Shown: positions 18,329-28,060 of the stretch, piece after piece
Numbering within the stretch: position 1 is the stretch's first letter
Layout: each line of letters opens with the position of its first letter
Assembly: GCA_016189025.1 (NCBI GenBank)
Contig: JACPGS010000014.1
Location: forward strand, 16,339-80,338
Length of the DNA stretch: 64,000 nt
Reading direction: 5' to 3'
Source: Candidatus Magasanikiibacteriota bacterium
Lineage (GTDB): Bacteria; Patescibacteriota; Patescibacteriia; Magasanikbacterales; GWA2-37-8
Position numbers and translations under genes: made by a program
Notes under the pieces: model-generated
The model's database searches: none
What the model was told of the DNA's origin: nothing
What the model saw: the letters and a program-made list of their open reading frames with translations, nothing else

Positions 18329-18991
18329 ATGCCACAAACAGAGCGAGTTCAAATTTATACAGACGGTGGAAATTTTTATCACCTGGTTCTTAAAAAGTTG
18401 AATATCGGGGAGTTAGATTTTTCATTTGAAAAATTCAGCCATTTTTTAGCCAATGGAAGAACAGTAACTGGGAAACGTTATTATGTGGGCACGGTAAGAG
18501 AACGAGAAGGAAATTTGAGGACTAGAGAAGCGATGTCGCGGCAAACAAAATTTTTTACCGTATTACATTCAAGCCAGTGGAGTATAAATACCAGTAAGCT
18601 ACGCACGCGCTTAGAAAAAATAATAATTGATGACCGAGTAAAGGGGTATCAGGAACTTCGCAAAAAGGGAGTACACTTCATTGAGTTTGAACGAACAAGA
18701 GAAAAGGGTATCGATGTGAAGCTCGCTACTGATTTAATTGTTGGAGCAATTGATAATCAGTATGACACTGCCATCGTGGTGAGTTCTGACGCCGACCTTG
18801 TGCCGGCAATAGATTGGGTGCGTTTCCGCCAAAAAAAGAAAGTTGAATACATTGGTTTTTCCTTTCCCGCCAACTTAAAAGACGAACCAACCAAACCTCT
18901 TCAAACGATGATAAGCAAAACCGATATTCAGAGAGTGCTAACCGAGTCGGATTTACGGCCTTTTATTATAGAAAACCCTAGGCTTTTGTAA
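18329..18991 (+). CDS. NYN-domain (LabA/PIN-like) protein.
   Basis: The N-terminal ...VQIYTDGGNFYH... and central ...TAIVVSSDADLVPAIDW... fit the NYN nuclease-like fold with acidic residues in the expected positions. The gene is AT-rich (about 40% GC). Confidence 0.5.
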   Translation: MPQTERVQIYTDGGNFYHLVLKKLNIGELDFSFEKFSHFLANGRTVTGKRYYVGTVREREGNLRTREAMSRQTKFFTVLHSSQWSINTSKLRTRLEKIIIDDRVKGYQELRKKGVHFIEFERTREKGIDVKLATDLIVGAIDNQYDTAIVVSSDADLVPAIDWVRFRQKKKVEYIGFSFPANLKDEPTKPLQTMISKTDIQRVLTESDLRPFIIENPRLL

Positions 18992-19029
18992 ATAAAAACA
19001 CTTGAAATTGTATTTTTTATTTTCAGAGC

Positions 19030-19872
19030 ATGACTAAACTGATTGACGGACGCGCCCTGGCCGATAAAATCCTGGTGGATTTACGCCGGCGCGTGGCGCG
19101 CCTCGCCCGCCAGGGCATTCGTCCCCGCCTGGCGGTGATATTAGTCGGCAACGATCCGGCTTCGGTGCTTTATGTGCGCCGCAAGGGTAAAGCAGCCAAA
19201 GCCATTGGCCTGCGCTTTACTTTGGTTAAACTCCCGGCCCGCGTCCCGCGCCGTGCCCTGTTAGAAAAAATTAAAAAGCTACAAATTAAACCAGACCTCG
19301 CCGGTCTGATTGTACAACTACCCCTGCCTAAAACCCTGAATCATCCCGAGGTGCTCAACGCCATCCGGCCGGAAATTGACGTGGACTGCCTGACTGACGT
19401 TAATCTCGGCAAACTAATGCGCGGCGCGCCTGATTTTATTCCCCCTACTCCGGCAGCCATTTTAGCGATTCTGAAATCGCTACGCTGTCAACTGTTGGGG
19501 AGTAACATCACTATTGTCGGCACCGGCCTTTTAGTCGGGCGGCCGCTGGCTATGCTGTGCATGCAGGCCGGGGCGAGTGTAACTACGGTGAACAGCCGGA
19601 GCGGCGGCCTAAAGGAAAAATGCCGCGCGGCTGATATCATTATCAGCGCCGTCGGAATTCCTAACTTAATCCGGGGAAATATGGTTAAACCCAGAGCAAT
19701 TGTAATTGACGCCGGTTCGGGCCTGGTCGGAAACAAGGTCGCAGGCGACGTACACCTCCCTTCGGTCCAACGAATCGCCGCCGCCGTTACCCCCACCCCA
19801 GGCGGCGTCGGCCCCCTAACTGTCGCCAAACTGCTAGAAAATACCGTCCGGTGCGCGGAGCGGCTTTGGTAA
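19030..19872 (+). CDS. folD: Bifunctional methylenetetrahydrofolate dehydrogenase/cyclohydrolase.
   Basis: MTKLIDGRALADKI...ILVGNDPASVLYVRRKGKAA... and a Rossmann region ...TIVGTGLLVGRPLAMLC... ending ...PTPGGVGPLTVAKLLENT are present. Confidence 0.9.
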   Translation: MTKLIDGRALADKILVDLRRRVARLARQGIRPRLAVILVGNDPASVLYVRRKGKAAKAIGLRFTLVKLPARVPRRALLEKIKKLQIKPDLAGLIVQLPLPKTLNHPEVLNAIRPEIDVDCLTDVNLGKLMRGAPDFIPPTPAAILAILKSLRCQLLGSNITIVGTGLLVGRPLAMLCMQAGASVTTVNSRSGGLKEKCRAADIIISAVGIPNLIRGNMVKPRAIVIDAGSGLVGNKVAGDVHLPSVQRIAAAVTPTPGGVGPLTVAKLLENTVRCAERLW

Positions 19873-19899
19873 CTGTCTTGCTTTTTACTTTCGCTCTTT

Positions 19900-20835
19900 C
19901 TACGCTGGCCACTCCAACAACCAATTAATGCTGCTTTTATAAACCTGGATACAATACCAGTACCACTTATTTTTTCTTCCCTCATCCGCCTGGTCGAGCG
20001 CGTTAAAATAGCGTTGTCGATTACGGTACAAAAAAAGAATCGGCGGATAGCCAAAATAAAATAATATCCAATTAAATAACAACCGCCCGATGCGGCCGTT
20101 GCCATCCGTAAACGGATGAATTCGCTCAAAACGCTGATGGAAATCCGCCGCGAGAGCCAACGGGTGGCGCTGGCTGGTTTTATTGCTATTCCACCACGCC
20201 AATAACATTTTCATCTCTTGGCGTACTCGCCCCACCGGAGTAGTAGGCTTATTATTTACGATAATATCCACTTTTTTATAGCCGCTGGCAATTCCCAAAC
20301 CCCGTACCAACAACTTATGCAGCTGGATAATCTGGCGCTGGTTGAGGGTGAATTGGGTGCCGCGGATAACCGGAAAAACTTTGATTGAATTTTTTACTTC
20401 CACAATTTCTTTGCGAGCGATGGTTTTTTTAATATATTTATTCTTAACTATCGCCTTAACCTCACTTTGACTTAGCTTGCTTCCTTCAATGGCATTGGAC
20501 TCAAAAATAAATTGCACCGCGTAACGCGTCCATAATTGTCTGGTTGCAAAATGAGATAGGCCCAATAATTTATATTTGAATTGAGTCTTGAGAACTTCAA
20601 TTTTACTAATCTGTTCCCCATTAAAAATTTTCTCTAAAATAAACAACTTAGGGAGGTTGGCGATAATTAAATCCCGCTCTTTTTGTGCCAGCTTAATCCG
20701 GTAGCGGGCTAAATTGTTAGGTATATTTTTACCCAAGTAAACCTGAATTTTTTTATTTTTTTGGTCTATCCTTACCTGTTCTTCCAGGTAAAAATACCGC
20801 TTATTTCTGAAGAATTTACGACGAATGGTCGGCAT
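19900..20835 (-). CDS. fic: Fic-family protein (AMPylase-type Fic/DOC fold) with an N-terminal inhibitory motif.
   Basis: The Fic motif [14 protein letters not shown] (HxFx[DE]GNGRxxR) is present, with an upstream SNAIEG ([ST]xxxE[GN] inhibitory helix). The gene is about 35-40% GC. Confidence 0.85.
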   Translation of the reverse strand: MPTIRRKFFRNKRYFYLEEQVRIDQKNKKIQVYLGKNIPNNLARYRIKLAQKERDLIIANLPKLFILEKIFNGEQISKIEVLKTQFKYKLLGLSHFATRQLWTRYAVQFIFESNAIEGSKLSQSEVKAIVKNKYIKKTIARKEIVEVKNSIKVFPVIRGTQFTLNQRQIIQLHKLLVRGLGIASGYKKVDIIVNNKPTTPVGRVRQEMKMLLAWWNSNKTSQRHPLALAADFHQRFERIHPFTDGNGRIGRLLFNWILFYFGYPPILFLYRNRQRYFNALDQADEGRKNKWYWYCIQVYKSSINWLLEWPA

Positions 20836-20913
20836 ATTAGTTAGGTATATTTTTTGCCTACTTAATTATACCTGATTCAAGTAATATCAGTCAACCGCGC
20901 TGATCAAAATAAC

Positions 20914-21621
20914 TCAATCCCGCGCTAACACCAAACCCCATACCCAGCGCGCGCCGGCAGCACGCAATACCCGCGCACACTCCTGCATGGTGGCGCCGGT
21001 GGTATAAACATCATCTACTAAAATCACCGCCGGCGGTGGTGGCTTGCTCTCCATCCACACAAAAGCGCCGGCGACGTTCTGAAAACGCTCCGGCCGCGAT
21101 AGCCGCGCCTGCTGGGCCGTGGCGCGCCGGCGCGCTAAACCTGGAGTGACGGAGAGCTGCCAGCGCCGGGCGCAAAGCTCGGCAATTAAAATCGCCTGGT
21201 TAAACCCCCGCTCCCGCTCGCGCCGCCGGTAGAGCGGCACCGGCATAATCACCGGCGCCCGGCCCCCTACTGCTGCAGGAGCTGCGGGCGCCAGGGCCGG
21301 CAGCGCCCGGCTGAAAAATTCCGCTGCTTCGCGCACCAATGAATATTTCAATAAGCGTATCAGCTGGCCGACCGGTTCTTCCTCGCGATACCAAAAAAGA
21401 GCGGTGAGGCCGCTCAAGGGATGACTGACGCAATCCGGACAGGTCTGCCCGAGGGAGGTAGGCTTAGCGCAACCAGGGCAGCTAGCCGGCAACGTACTGG
21501 TTTTTAATTGACAGGGTTCGCACCACCAATTCCCTTCGGCCCGGCAGCCCACGCAAAAGCCAGGAAAAATTGCCTCCTGTAGATAAGCGGCTATAAGGCC
21601 CGGAAACTTGCTACTTGCCAC
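20914..21621 (-). CDS. comF: ComF-family protein (ComFC-like phosphoribosyltransferase with N-terminal Cys-cluster zinc finger).
   Basis: N-terminal Cys pairs (CVGCRAEG...CEPC...CPGC...CPDC) and the C-terminal PRTase motif VILVDDVYTTGATM are present. Confidence 0.75.
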   Translation of the reverse strand: MASSKFPGLIAAYLQEAIFPGFCVGCRAEGNWWCEPCQLKTSTLPASCPGCAKPTSLGQTCPDCVSHPLSGLTALFWYREEEPVGQLIRLLKYSLVREAAEFFSRALPALAPAAPAAVGGRAPVIMPVPLYRRRERERGFNQAILIAELCARRWQLSVTPGLARRRATAQQARLSRPERFQNVAGAFVWMESKPPPPAVILVDDVYTTGATMQECARVLRAAGARWVWGLVLARD

Positions 21622-22187
21622 ACGCCGGAGGATTTAGTCAGCGTCGCCTGGTAGCGGCGCTGTCCCCGTTTGATTATTCCCTGCTGTTCCCGCGTTTCCG
21701 CGACCGAGAGTTCAACTTCGGCCGCCGGCGGCTCCCAGCGGGTCAGTTCTACTACCACTACTTGAGTTTCTAGCGCGGAAAACCCTGCCGGCGCTGCCCC
21801 GGGTTTAATCTGCCGCTGCAATTTTTCCCATAAAGCGGGCGTTACCAGCGCTTCCACCTCGCGGATGTTCTGGAAATTGCCGGCGCTGGAATAAGTATAG
21901 AAACGTTCAATAAAAATGCGGGCCGCCTGGCGCGCCGCCTGCTGTTCTACCTCTTCGGGAGTAAGCTGCCGCGCCGGTGCGGCCACTGGCGTCACGCTGC
22001 CAGCCGGAGCCGCTCCCCCAGGCACCGTTGCCGCCCCTCCGGCCGGGGCCGGCGCTTCCCCCGGCGCTTCGCCACCCGTAGTAACCGAGGGCGCCGCGCG
22101 CCGGCGCACCAAGAAAAACAGGCTGATGCCCAAGATAACTAAAATTACCAAACTGATGAGGATAAAAATCCGAGCGCGGAGAGTCAT
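21591..22187 (-). CDS. Hypothetical membrane-anchored protein.
   Basis: N-terminal TM ARIFILISLVILVILGISLFFLV, then a Pro/Ala/Gly-rich linker and a globular C-terminal part; no motifs seen. Confidence 0.35.
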   Translation of the reverse strand: MTLRARIFILISLVILVILGISLFFLVRRRAAPSVTTGGEAPGEAPAPAGGAATVPGGAAPAGSVTPVAAPARQLTPEEVEQQAARQAARIFIERFYTYSSAGNFQNIREVEALVTPALWEKLQRQIKPGAAPAGFSALETQVVVVELTRWEPPAAEVELSVAETREQQGIIKRGQRRYQATLTKSSGVWQVASFRAL

Positions 22188-22233
22188 ATTTGTCTACCGA
22201 TTATACTGAGGCCATCTAAAAAATCACTTTTAA

Positions 22234-22374
22234 CTGTCATTCCGAGCGCAGTCGAGAAATCTCTCTCGACTTCGCTCGAGACTGGCTCTTAATTTAGAAA
22301 ACAAGGGATTCCTCGACTTCACTCACTCCCCCTCGGCTTTGCTCGGGGTCGTTCATTTCGCTCGGAATGACAAG
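22234..22374. mobile_element. Full-length (141 bp) copy of the palindromic mini-element with 14-bp terminal inverted repeats ctgtcattccgagcg / cgctcggaatgacag; intergenic.
   Basis: The termini are perfect inverted repeats. The internal palindrome is gtcgagaaatctctctcgac. The interior shares ...gaggaatctct... and ...ccccctcg..tgctcggggtc... with the copy inside leuS (61778-61861, opposite orientation). Confidence 0.65.
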
Positions 22375-22387
22375 GGTGGCGAGTTTT

Positions 22388-24244
22388 TCACCCCCCGTGC
22401 TCCCGCGCAAACTCGCGCTTGGCGGCTTCAATTTCCAATAACTGCTGGGGATTAGTGGTAACAATCTGATCTTCGGTGTAGGAAGCGAGTACCTTAATGG
22501 CCGCGTGCTTGGGGCCGGCAAAGAAAATCCCCTCCCCCACCCCGCTCTCCAGCAGCAGATACTTCTCGGAATCAGTCAGCAAAAACACTTTCTGCACCAA
22601 ATCAATCGCCGCCGGGGACTGCTTCATCAAGAGCTGCAAGGCCGAATTGGTAACAATGGTCTGGCCGTACTGCGACTTCAAAAAATCATTAACGTCCTGG
22701 GTAATGGTAGTTACCCCCAGGTAGTATTTGCGGCAGCGCTTCACCAGGGCATGAATAAATTTGGCCGAATCCTCGTGCTGCATCAGCCACCAGGCCTCGT
22801 CAATAATCAGCAGGCGCTTTTTGCGCTCCGAGCGCACCACGTTCCAGATATAATTGACAATGGCATAAATGGCGAGCGGACGCAATTCGTCTTCCAGGTC
22901 GCGCACGCTGAACACCACCAGCTGATTGGCAATATCCACGTTGGTCGGCGAATTGAATAGCCCGGCAAAGGTGCCGGTGGTATATTTGCTTAACTTCAAT
23001 ACCAGCTCTTCGCTCCCTTCCATCCCCTCCAGCACCTCCTGCAGATCCTGCATAATCGGCGGGGTGACGGTTTTTAAGTCCGCCTCCGGCGTAATATCTT
23101 TTTTAGCATACACCTCGCGCAGCGCCCGGTCAATTAAGGCGTCTTCCACGGTGGTAAGGCCGCCGAGCATAATGCGCAGCAGGCCCTTCACGGTAATAAT
23201 CGCCCCGCGCAGAATGTTGCCGACCGAAGCCTCCAGCCCTACCGGCCGCGGCAGATCAAAGGGATTAACCTTGCTCTCCGAAGAAAGGGAAATGCTGACA
23301 TAAGTGCCGCCCACCGCCTCGGCCAGATATTTATATTCCATTTCCGGATCAATTACAATCACGTCGGTGCCTAACATCAGGGTGCGCATAATTTCCAGCT
23401 TCACGGCATAGCTTTTGCCGGCGCCGGCGGTGGCAAACACCACCATATTGGCATTCTGCAGGGAAAACCGATCAAACAAAATCAGCGAATTATTGTGCCG
23501 GTTGATGCCGTAGAGGATGCCGTTGTCCGAGGTGAGGTCCGCGTAAATAAAGGGGAAGGAGGCTGCAATCGGGCTGGAATTCATGTTGAACGCAATCATC
23601 AGCTCGTCAATGCCGAGCGGCAGGGTGGAGGTAAACCCCTGCTCGGACTGGAACAGCACCTTGCGGCTGGTGATGAGTTTGCTGCCGAAAATGCTTTCAA
23701 TGTCCTGCGACAGCTCATCCAGTTTTTCCTTGCTCGGCGCGTACAGGGTAACGTAAAAAGCAAACTGGAAAAAGTGCTCTACCCCCTGGGTGAGGTTGTC
23801 GCGCAGCTGCTCAATGTCGCGCAAAGCGGTTTCCCGCAGGGGGTCGCGGGGCGCCCCTTTTTCCGTATCGGCGTTAATCTGGGCTTCCAGGGCGCCCACC
23901 TTTTTTTTCAGCTGTTTAAGGATCACCGCCGATTTAACCGGGTAAAAAAACATCGCGATATCCAGGGTGAGCGACAAGTTGACAATCGGCGAGCTCCAGC
24001 CGATGGAGATGTAACGGGGATAAGTAACCACAAAAACGGTGCGCACAAAAGTGGTGCCGAGCTGCACAAAGCCGGACTCAATGTTAAAAGCCGCCGGCGC
24101 CATCAGATCGCGCAGGGTTACCACTCCTTCGCGGTAGAGCTTTTCCTCTTCCAGGGTCGCGCGCTCGGCTGCCCCTCGACTCGGCTCCGCCGGCGCCGCG
24201 CTCCGCGGCCGGGTAATTTTTTCCGCTTTCGGTAAAAAAGCCAT
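22388..24244 (-). CDS. VirB4/TraC/PrgJ-like type IV secretion ATPase.
   Basis: Walker A VVFATAGAGKSYAV, ...VIDPEMEY... and Walker B RLLIIDEAWWLM are present; size and motif spacing match Gram-positive-type VirB4 homologues. Confidence 0.7.
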   Translation of the reverse strand: MAFLPKAEKITRPRSAAPAEPSRGAAERATLEEEKLYREGVVTLRDLMAPAAFNIESGFVQLGTTFVRTVFVVTYPRYISIGWSSPIVNLSLTLDIAMFFYPVKSAVILKQLKKKVGALEAQINADTEKGAPRDPLRETALRDIEQLRDNLTQGVEHFFQFAFYVTLYAPSKEKLDELSQDIESIFGSKLITSRKVLFQSEQGFTSTLPLGIDELMIAFNMNSSPIAASFPFIYADLTSDNGILYGINRHNNSLILFDRFSLQNANMVVFATAGAGKSYAVKLEIMRTLMLGTDVIVIDPEMEYKYLAEAVGGTYVSISLSSESKVNPFDLPRPVGLEASVGNILRGAIITVKGLLRIMLGGLTTVEDALIDRALREVYAKKDITPEADLKTVTPPIMQDLQEVLEGMEGSEELVLKLSKYTTGTFAGLFNSPTNVDIANQLVVFSVRDLEDELRPLAIYAIVNYIWNVVRSERKKRLLIIDEAWWLMQHEDSAKFIHALVKRCRKYYLGVTTITQDVNDFLKSQYGQTIVTNSALQLLMKQSPAAIDLVQKVFLLTDSEKYLLLESGVGEGIFFAGPKHAAIKVLASYTEDQIVTTNPQQLLEIEAAKREFAREHGG

Positions 24245-24248
24245 ACAA

Positions 24249-24935
24249 TCAACTGATTTCCACTTCCATTTTATCTAAGGGCGGCAAAGTTTCCGTTAAG
24301 GCAATATCCGGATTAAAGGTGGAATAAAACAGCTCAACGAGCGACTGGGTGTCCAGCCGGACGATTGACAAACCCATGGCTCCGAGCCCGGACTCAATCT
24401 GGCGCAGGCGCAAGTCCAGCTCATACTTGCGCTTCTGGAATCTTTCCTCTTTCAGCCGCACTGTCAGCGCCGGGTGGAACAGCTCGCCGAGGCGCGACCA
24501 AAAACTTTTTTTCCGGTTGGAGAGCGGATCGTAGGGCACCACTACGTAGAAATGCTTGCTCATAATGGCGCCGAGCTCCACCAGCTCCCCGACAAACGAC
24601 CGGTAGTCGGCCATCTGGGCGCGCAACAGCTCGTTAGTCTGCTCCCGTTCGCGGGTCCTTAACATCTCCAGATAGGGGGCAATGTTCAGGCGCCGCGACT
24701 GAATGGCAATCTGCAGGGGGTGGTCCAGGGAATTCAAAAACGAAACATAGGCGGCAATAATGGCGTTCTGCTCCTCTTCGTTTTTCAGGGCAAAGTTGAT
24801 GCTGGAAACCAGCAAAACCGCCCGCAGGGTGCCGTCTTTCAGCACCACTGTATCCTGCTTGATTTCCGCAATCGGCAGGTGATACTGCGCCGGGGTCAGC
24901 CGTGATTTTTTTTTGGCTGCTTTTTTGTTTTTCAT
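24249..24935 (-). CDS. Hypothetical protein in the T4SS-like operon.
   Basis: Its start overlaps the PrgI-like stop and its stop lies 5 nt from the VirB4-like start, indicating translational coupling; no motifs seen. Confidence 0.35.
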   Translation of the reverse strand: MKNKKAAKKKSRLTPAQYHLPIAEIKQDTVVLKDGTLRAVLLVSSINFALKNEEEQNAIIAAYVSFLNSLDHPLQIAIQSRRLNIAPYLEMLRTREREQTNELLRAQMADYRSFVGELVELGAIMSKHFYVVVPYDPLSNRKKSFWSRLGELFHPALTVRLKEERFQKRKYELDLRLRQIESGLGAMGLSIVRLDTQSLVELFYSTFNPDIALTETLPPLDKMEVEIS

Positions 24936-25360
24936 AATTCTTCCGGATGATAATAGCCGCCGGTATTGACCAGGAGCGACAAATCGCGCAGGCGGTTGTA
25001 AGAAATGCGCTTCACCGGCTTGGCGGCCTCGGGCGGCGACGGCTCGGTTATCTGCAAGCTCTTAATTTCATCGGTGGTATAGCGGCGGCACCACACCCGC
25101 CGGCTCGGCCGCCGCAGGGTCTGAATAATGTTGAGCAAAAAATAATGGAAGGGCTGCCCGTTAATTTTAACAAATGCCAGCGTTAATGCCAAGCCGCCGA
25201 TAATAGCAAGCAGCACCACAAACAGGGCGGTGTCCGCCAGCTTAAAGGCCACAAACAAAATCAGCCCGGCGACCAACAGAATAATAAACTGGCGGGTGGT
25301 AATCGGCCCGAAAATTTTATCTTCTACGTCAATGAATTGGGGGACGGTGAATTGATTCAT
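24932..25360 (-). CDS. PrgI-family small membrane protein (VirB3-like T4SS component).
   Basis: MNQFTVPQFIDVEDKIFGPITTRQFIILLVAGLILFVAF... is the characteristic PrgI N-terminus with two TM helices. Confidence 0.6.
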   Translation of the reverse strand: MNQFTVPQFIDVEDKIFGPITTRQFIILLVAGLILFVAFKLADTALFVVLLAIIGGLALTLAFVKINGQPFHYFLLNIIQTLRRPSRRVWCRRYTTDEIKSLQITEPSPPEAAKPVKRISYNRLRDLSLLVNTGGYYHPEEL

Positions 25361-25362
25361 AC

Positions 25363-26334
25363 CTACAGTCCTACGCGATACGCCATCTCGGCCAGCGCCG
25401 CCACCTCGGCGCCCGAGAGCTGATTATTTCCCGCGGTAAATTCCGCCAGTTTCCGGCGTTCATTCAACGCGGAGGCTGTGGTAGCGAGATAATTCTGGTA
25501 GAGCGGACTACCCCGCCAGGACTGCCGGCCCAATAGCCACAGCAGCACCGACTCGGAGCGCAAACGGGCAAATTTATCGGCAATCGCCCCGGCCGCGGCC
25601 GGCGGGTCGGCCGCTAGGCGCCGGAAGTCCGTTATCGTCAGCGCCCCTAATTCTTCCACCGGCCCCACGGTAATTTTCGGGGCCACCACGTCGGTAATTA
25701 CCGGGCGCTCGCGGCGGGATAGCTGGAAAGCCGGCGGCGCTGCCGCGATTTCCGCGCCAGGCCGGGGCGCGGCCGGTGGCGGCGGAGCAGAAACCGAAAC
25801 CGCTGCGGCCCGGCGCGGCAAAGCAGCGCGCGGGGGAACATTGCGGTTTACCAACACCGGAACATTGGTCGCCGCGGGCTGGCGCAGTTCGGCTAACCGC
25901 TCGTCGTTGCCGCGCGCCAACACTTCGCGCGCCTGGGTAGGCGCTAGCCCCACGCCGCCTTGCGGCGCCGGCCGCACCAGAATAGCCAGGGTCTGCTCCG
26001 GTGTGCGTACGTCTTTTAAAAAAAGCTGCACCGCGCTGCGCAGGCGGTTAGCCGCATTGCCCGCCACGGTAAACGAAAGCGATTTAACAATCTTCTCAAT
26101 AATCTGCTCCCGCCCCGGGCTACGGCGCGGCCCGGCTCCCCCCGGCTCGGCTTCTTCCAACAGCGGCGGCTCGTCGCCGCGGCCGGCCGCCGGCAAGACT
26201 GGCGCTGGCTTAAGTGCTGGTTGGTCCGGTAATACTTTATCTTTCACCGCGGCGCGAATAAGCACCGCCCCGAGCGGCCGGCGCTCAAACGTGCCATCAG
26301 CTTTTTTTACCAATACGGTCAATTCTTCGGCCAT
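25363..26334 (-). CDS. Hypothetical Pro/Ala-rich protein, first gene of the T4SS-like sub-operon.
   Basis: The ATG at 26334 is immediately preceded by repeat A2; sequence is low complexity in the middle. Confidence 0.35.
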   Translation of the reverse strand: MAEELTVLVKKADGTFERRPLGAVLIRAAVKDKVLPDQPALKPAPVLPAAGRGDEPPLLEEAEPGGAGPRRSPGREQIIEKIVKSLSFTVAGNAANRLRSAVQLFLKDVRTPEQTLAILVRPAPQGGVGLAPTQAREVLARGNDERLAELRQPAATNVPVLVNRNVPPRAALPRRAAAVSVSAPPPPAAPRPGAEIAAAPPAFQLSRRERPVITDVVAPKITVGPVEELGALTITDFRRLAADPPAAAGAIADKFARLRSESVLLWLLGRQSWRGSPLYQNYLATTASALNERRKLAEFTAGNNQLSGAEVAALAEMAYRVGL

Positions 26335-26341
26335 AATGCAA

Positions 26342-26520
26342 CTGTAGAATAATGTTGACGATAATCGTTATCCGCCTGGTCGCTATCGCTATTGCTAAAA
26401 CTCACTTGGTTGGTCGCGGCAGACACTCTTTGGGTGCTCCCCCGACTTTAGATCGGGGTGCGCGCCCAAAGACACTCGTCTGCCGCGCCCTGATGCTAAC
26501 TAGTTATTTTTATTCTTCTC
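26342..26520 (+). repeat. Interspersed repeat family A, copy 2.
   Basis: See 1759-1938; this copy has left TIR ctgtagaataat and right attcttctcc. Confidence 0.8.
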
Positions 26521-26532
26521 CAATATCATAAT

Positions 26533-27534
26533 TTACACTAATGTCCCCGCCCGCAGGCGCAACACAATCTGAATCGCCTCGCGCAGCCACCCGGCAAAGG
26601 CATCGCGCCCCACCTGATCGCGGTAAATGCCGCCGGCAAACTCTTCCAGCCGGAAAGCATCAGCACCTTTGCCCCGGGTGGCTGCCTCGGCCTCTTTAAT
26701 TAATTCAATTAGCGGCCGGGCGCGGGCGCCGGCGGTGTCCACCGCCACCAGTTCTTTATTTTCTCCCAGCATCTTCACCAGCGCCGGGGCCGGCGCCCGG
26801 GCCGCCGCGTCGGGAATTACCAGCGCTACCTGCAGCCGCTCCCGCACCGGCACGCCGCAGGCAATCGCCTGCCAAAAATAATGCGTTAATAATAATTGCT
26901 GGTCGGGAGGGCGCAGATGCGGAAAATAGCGCCAGGCGGCCTGCAGAGTAAGCGCATAAAGCAGCGCCCCGCTCCAGTCGGCCAGCTGCCCCCACCCGCC
27001 GCCGCTCGCGGCCTGCTGTTCCAAGCCGCCCAACAACTGCGGCACCATCAACTCCATTTCCCCACCCTGGAGCACTGCCCGCAAAGTATGGGCAAACACC
27101 GCGTCGTTATAATACTCGATGCCCTCTTCTTCAAACAATATCTGCCGCAGCTCCTCCGGAGTATACGGGGTCAGATCAGTGCGCAACCCCAGCGCCGCAT
27201 GCACTAACATCACCTCCAGCGCCAGGGCGTCGCGCATTTCCTGGCTGGTAGGGTCAGCAATAAAATCGCGCAGCAGCGGCGCCTCAATCAGCCGAATAGT
27301 CTGCTCGTCGGCCGGCCAGTAAGCCGAGTTAACATCGTGCGCGCTCCAGCGCTGGTAAATCGGCTCCAGATATTGCCAAAGCCTGGTCGCCGCCGCGGGG
27401 GCGGTAGCCAGCAGCCGCTCGCGGCCCACAATCAGCTCGCGCCAGACCCGGTCCACCTCGGCGTTGCTTTGGGTAAACCACGCCACCAGCATTAGGTCAA
27501 AAGAAGAGGGCATAAGAAAAAGAATTATCATCAA
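26533..27534 (-). CDS. Hypothetical protein; paralogue of the 28221..29720 protein.
   Basis: A shared block ...AAWRYFPHL...LLLTHYFWQAIACGVPVRERLQVAL... corresponds to ...AAWFDFKIL...LCQHLIWRAISLGVPVETLLKEKLAE... in the 499-aa protein. Confidence 0.4.
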   Translation of the reverse strand: MMIILFLMPSSFDLMLVAWFTQSNAEVDRVWRELIVGRERLLATAPAAATRLWQYLEPIYQRWSAHDVNSAYWPADEQTIRLIEAPLLRDFIADPTSQEMRDALALEVMLVHAALGLRTDLTPYTPEELRQILFEEEGIEYYNDAVFAHTLRAVLQGGEMELMVPQLLGGLEQQAASGGGWGQLADWSGALLYALTLQAAWRYFPHLRPPDQQLLLTHYFWQAIACGVPVRERLQVALVIPDAAARAPAPALVKMLGENKELVAVDTAGARARPLIELIKEAEAATRGKGADAFRLEEFAGGIYRDQVGRDAFAGWLREAIQIVLRLRAGTLV

Positions 27535-27689
27535 CTGCCCGTTGCCAAAGACGGGCTTTGTCTTAAGGAATTAAGTCATTCCTGAATCTTTCACTATCTA
27601 TATCCACAGGTCTCTACTTGACAAAAAATCGTATCTATAATATATTATAGCCAGATCACGATGGGTAGGGCATGCTTAGGGTTCCGTCC

Positions 27690-28055
27690 TTAAGTAGACC
27701 CCCCAGCTCCGCCCAACCAGGCGGAGTTTTTATTTCCCTTATATTCCAACAATCTCTTAAGATCGTTAATAAAGGTAAATAATCCGGGTGCCGGCAATGC
27801 ATAACGAAGGAGTTTAGAATAACGAAATTTATTGGGCACTATCAAGCGCTGTAACTTATTTTGTCTAAACAGATATTTCACCAGACAGCCGAAATCTCCA
27901 TCCCCGGTAACTAATACGGCCTGCTGGTAGTTGCTAAAATCGATCATTGCCTGCAAAACGAGCTCGGCATCCACGTTACCTTTCACCTGATCGCCATCAA
28001 ATCTGATAATCGGCTTAAATACTAAAAAGGCATAGTTACCCAACGTCTTTTGCAT
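27690..28055 (-). CDS. NYN-domain-like protein (possibly a truncated or degenerate C-terminal portion).
   Basis: ...QAVLVTGDGDFGCLVKYL... is the conserved NYN/LabA C-terminal motif; the canonical N-terminal Asp region is not evident. The first ATG is at 28055. Confidence 0.35.
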   Translation of the reverse strand: MQKTLGNYAFLVFKPIIRFDGDQVKGNVDAELVLQAMIDFSNYQQAVLVTGDGDFGCLVKYLFRQNKLQRLIVPNKFRYSKLLRYALPAPGLFTFINDLKRLLEYKGNKNSAWLGGAGGST

Positions 28056-28060
28056 AAAAA

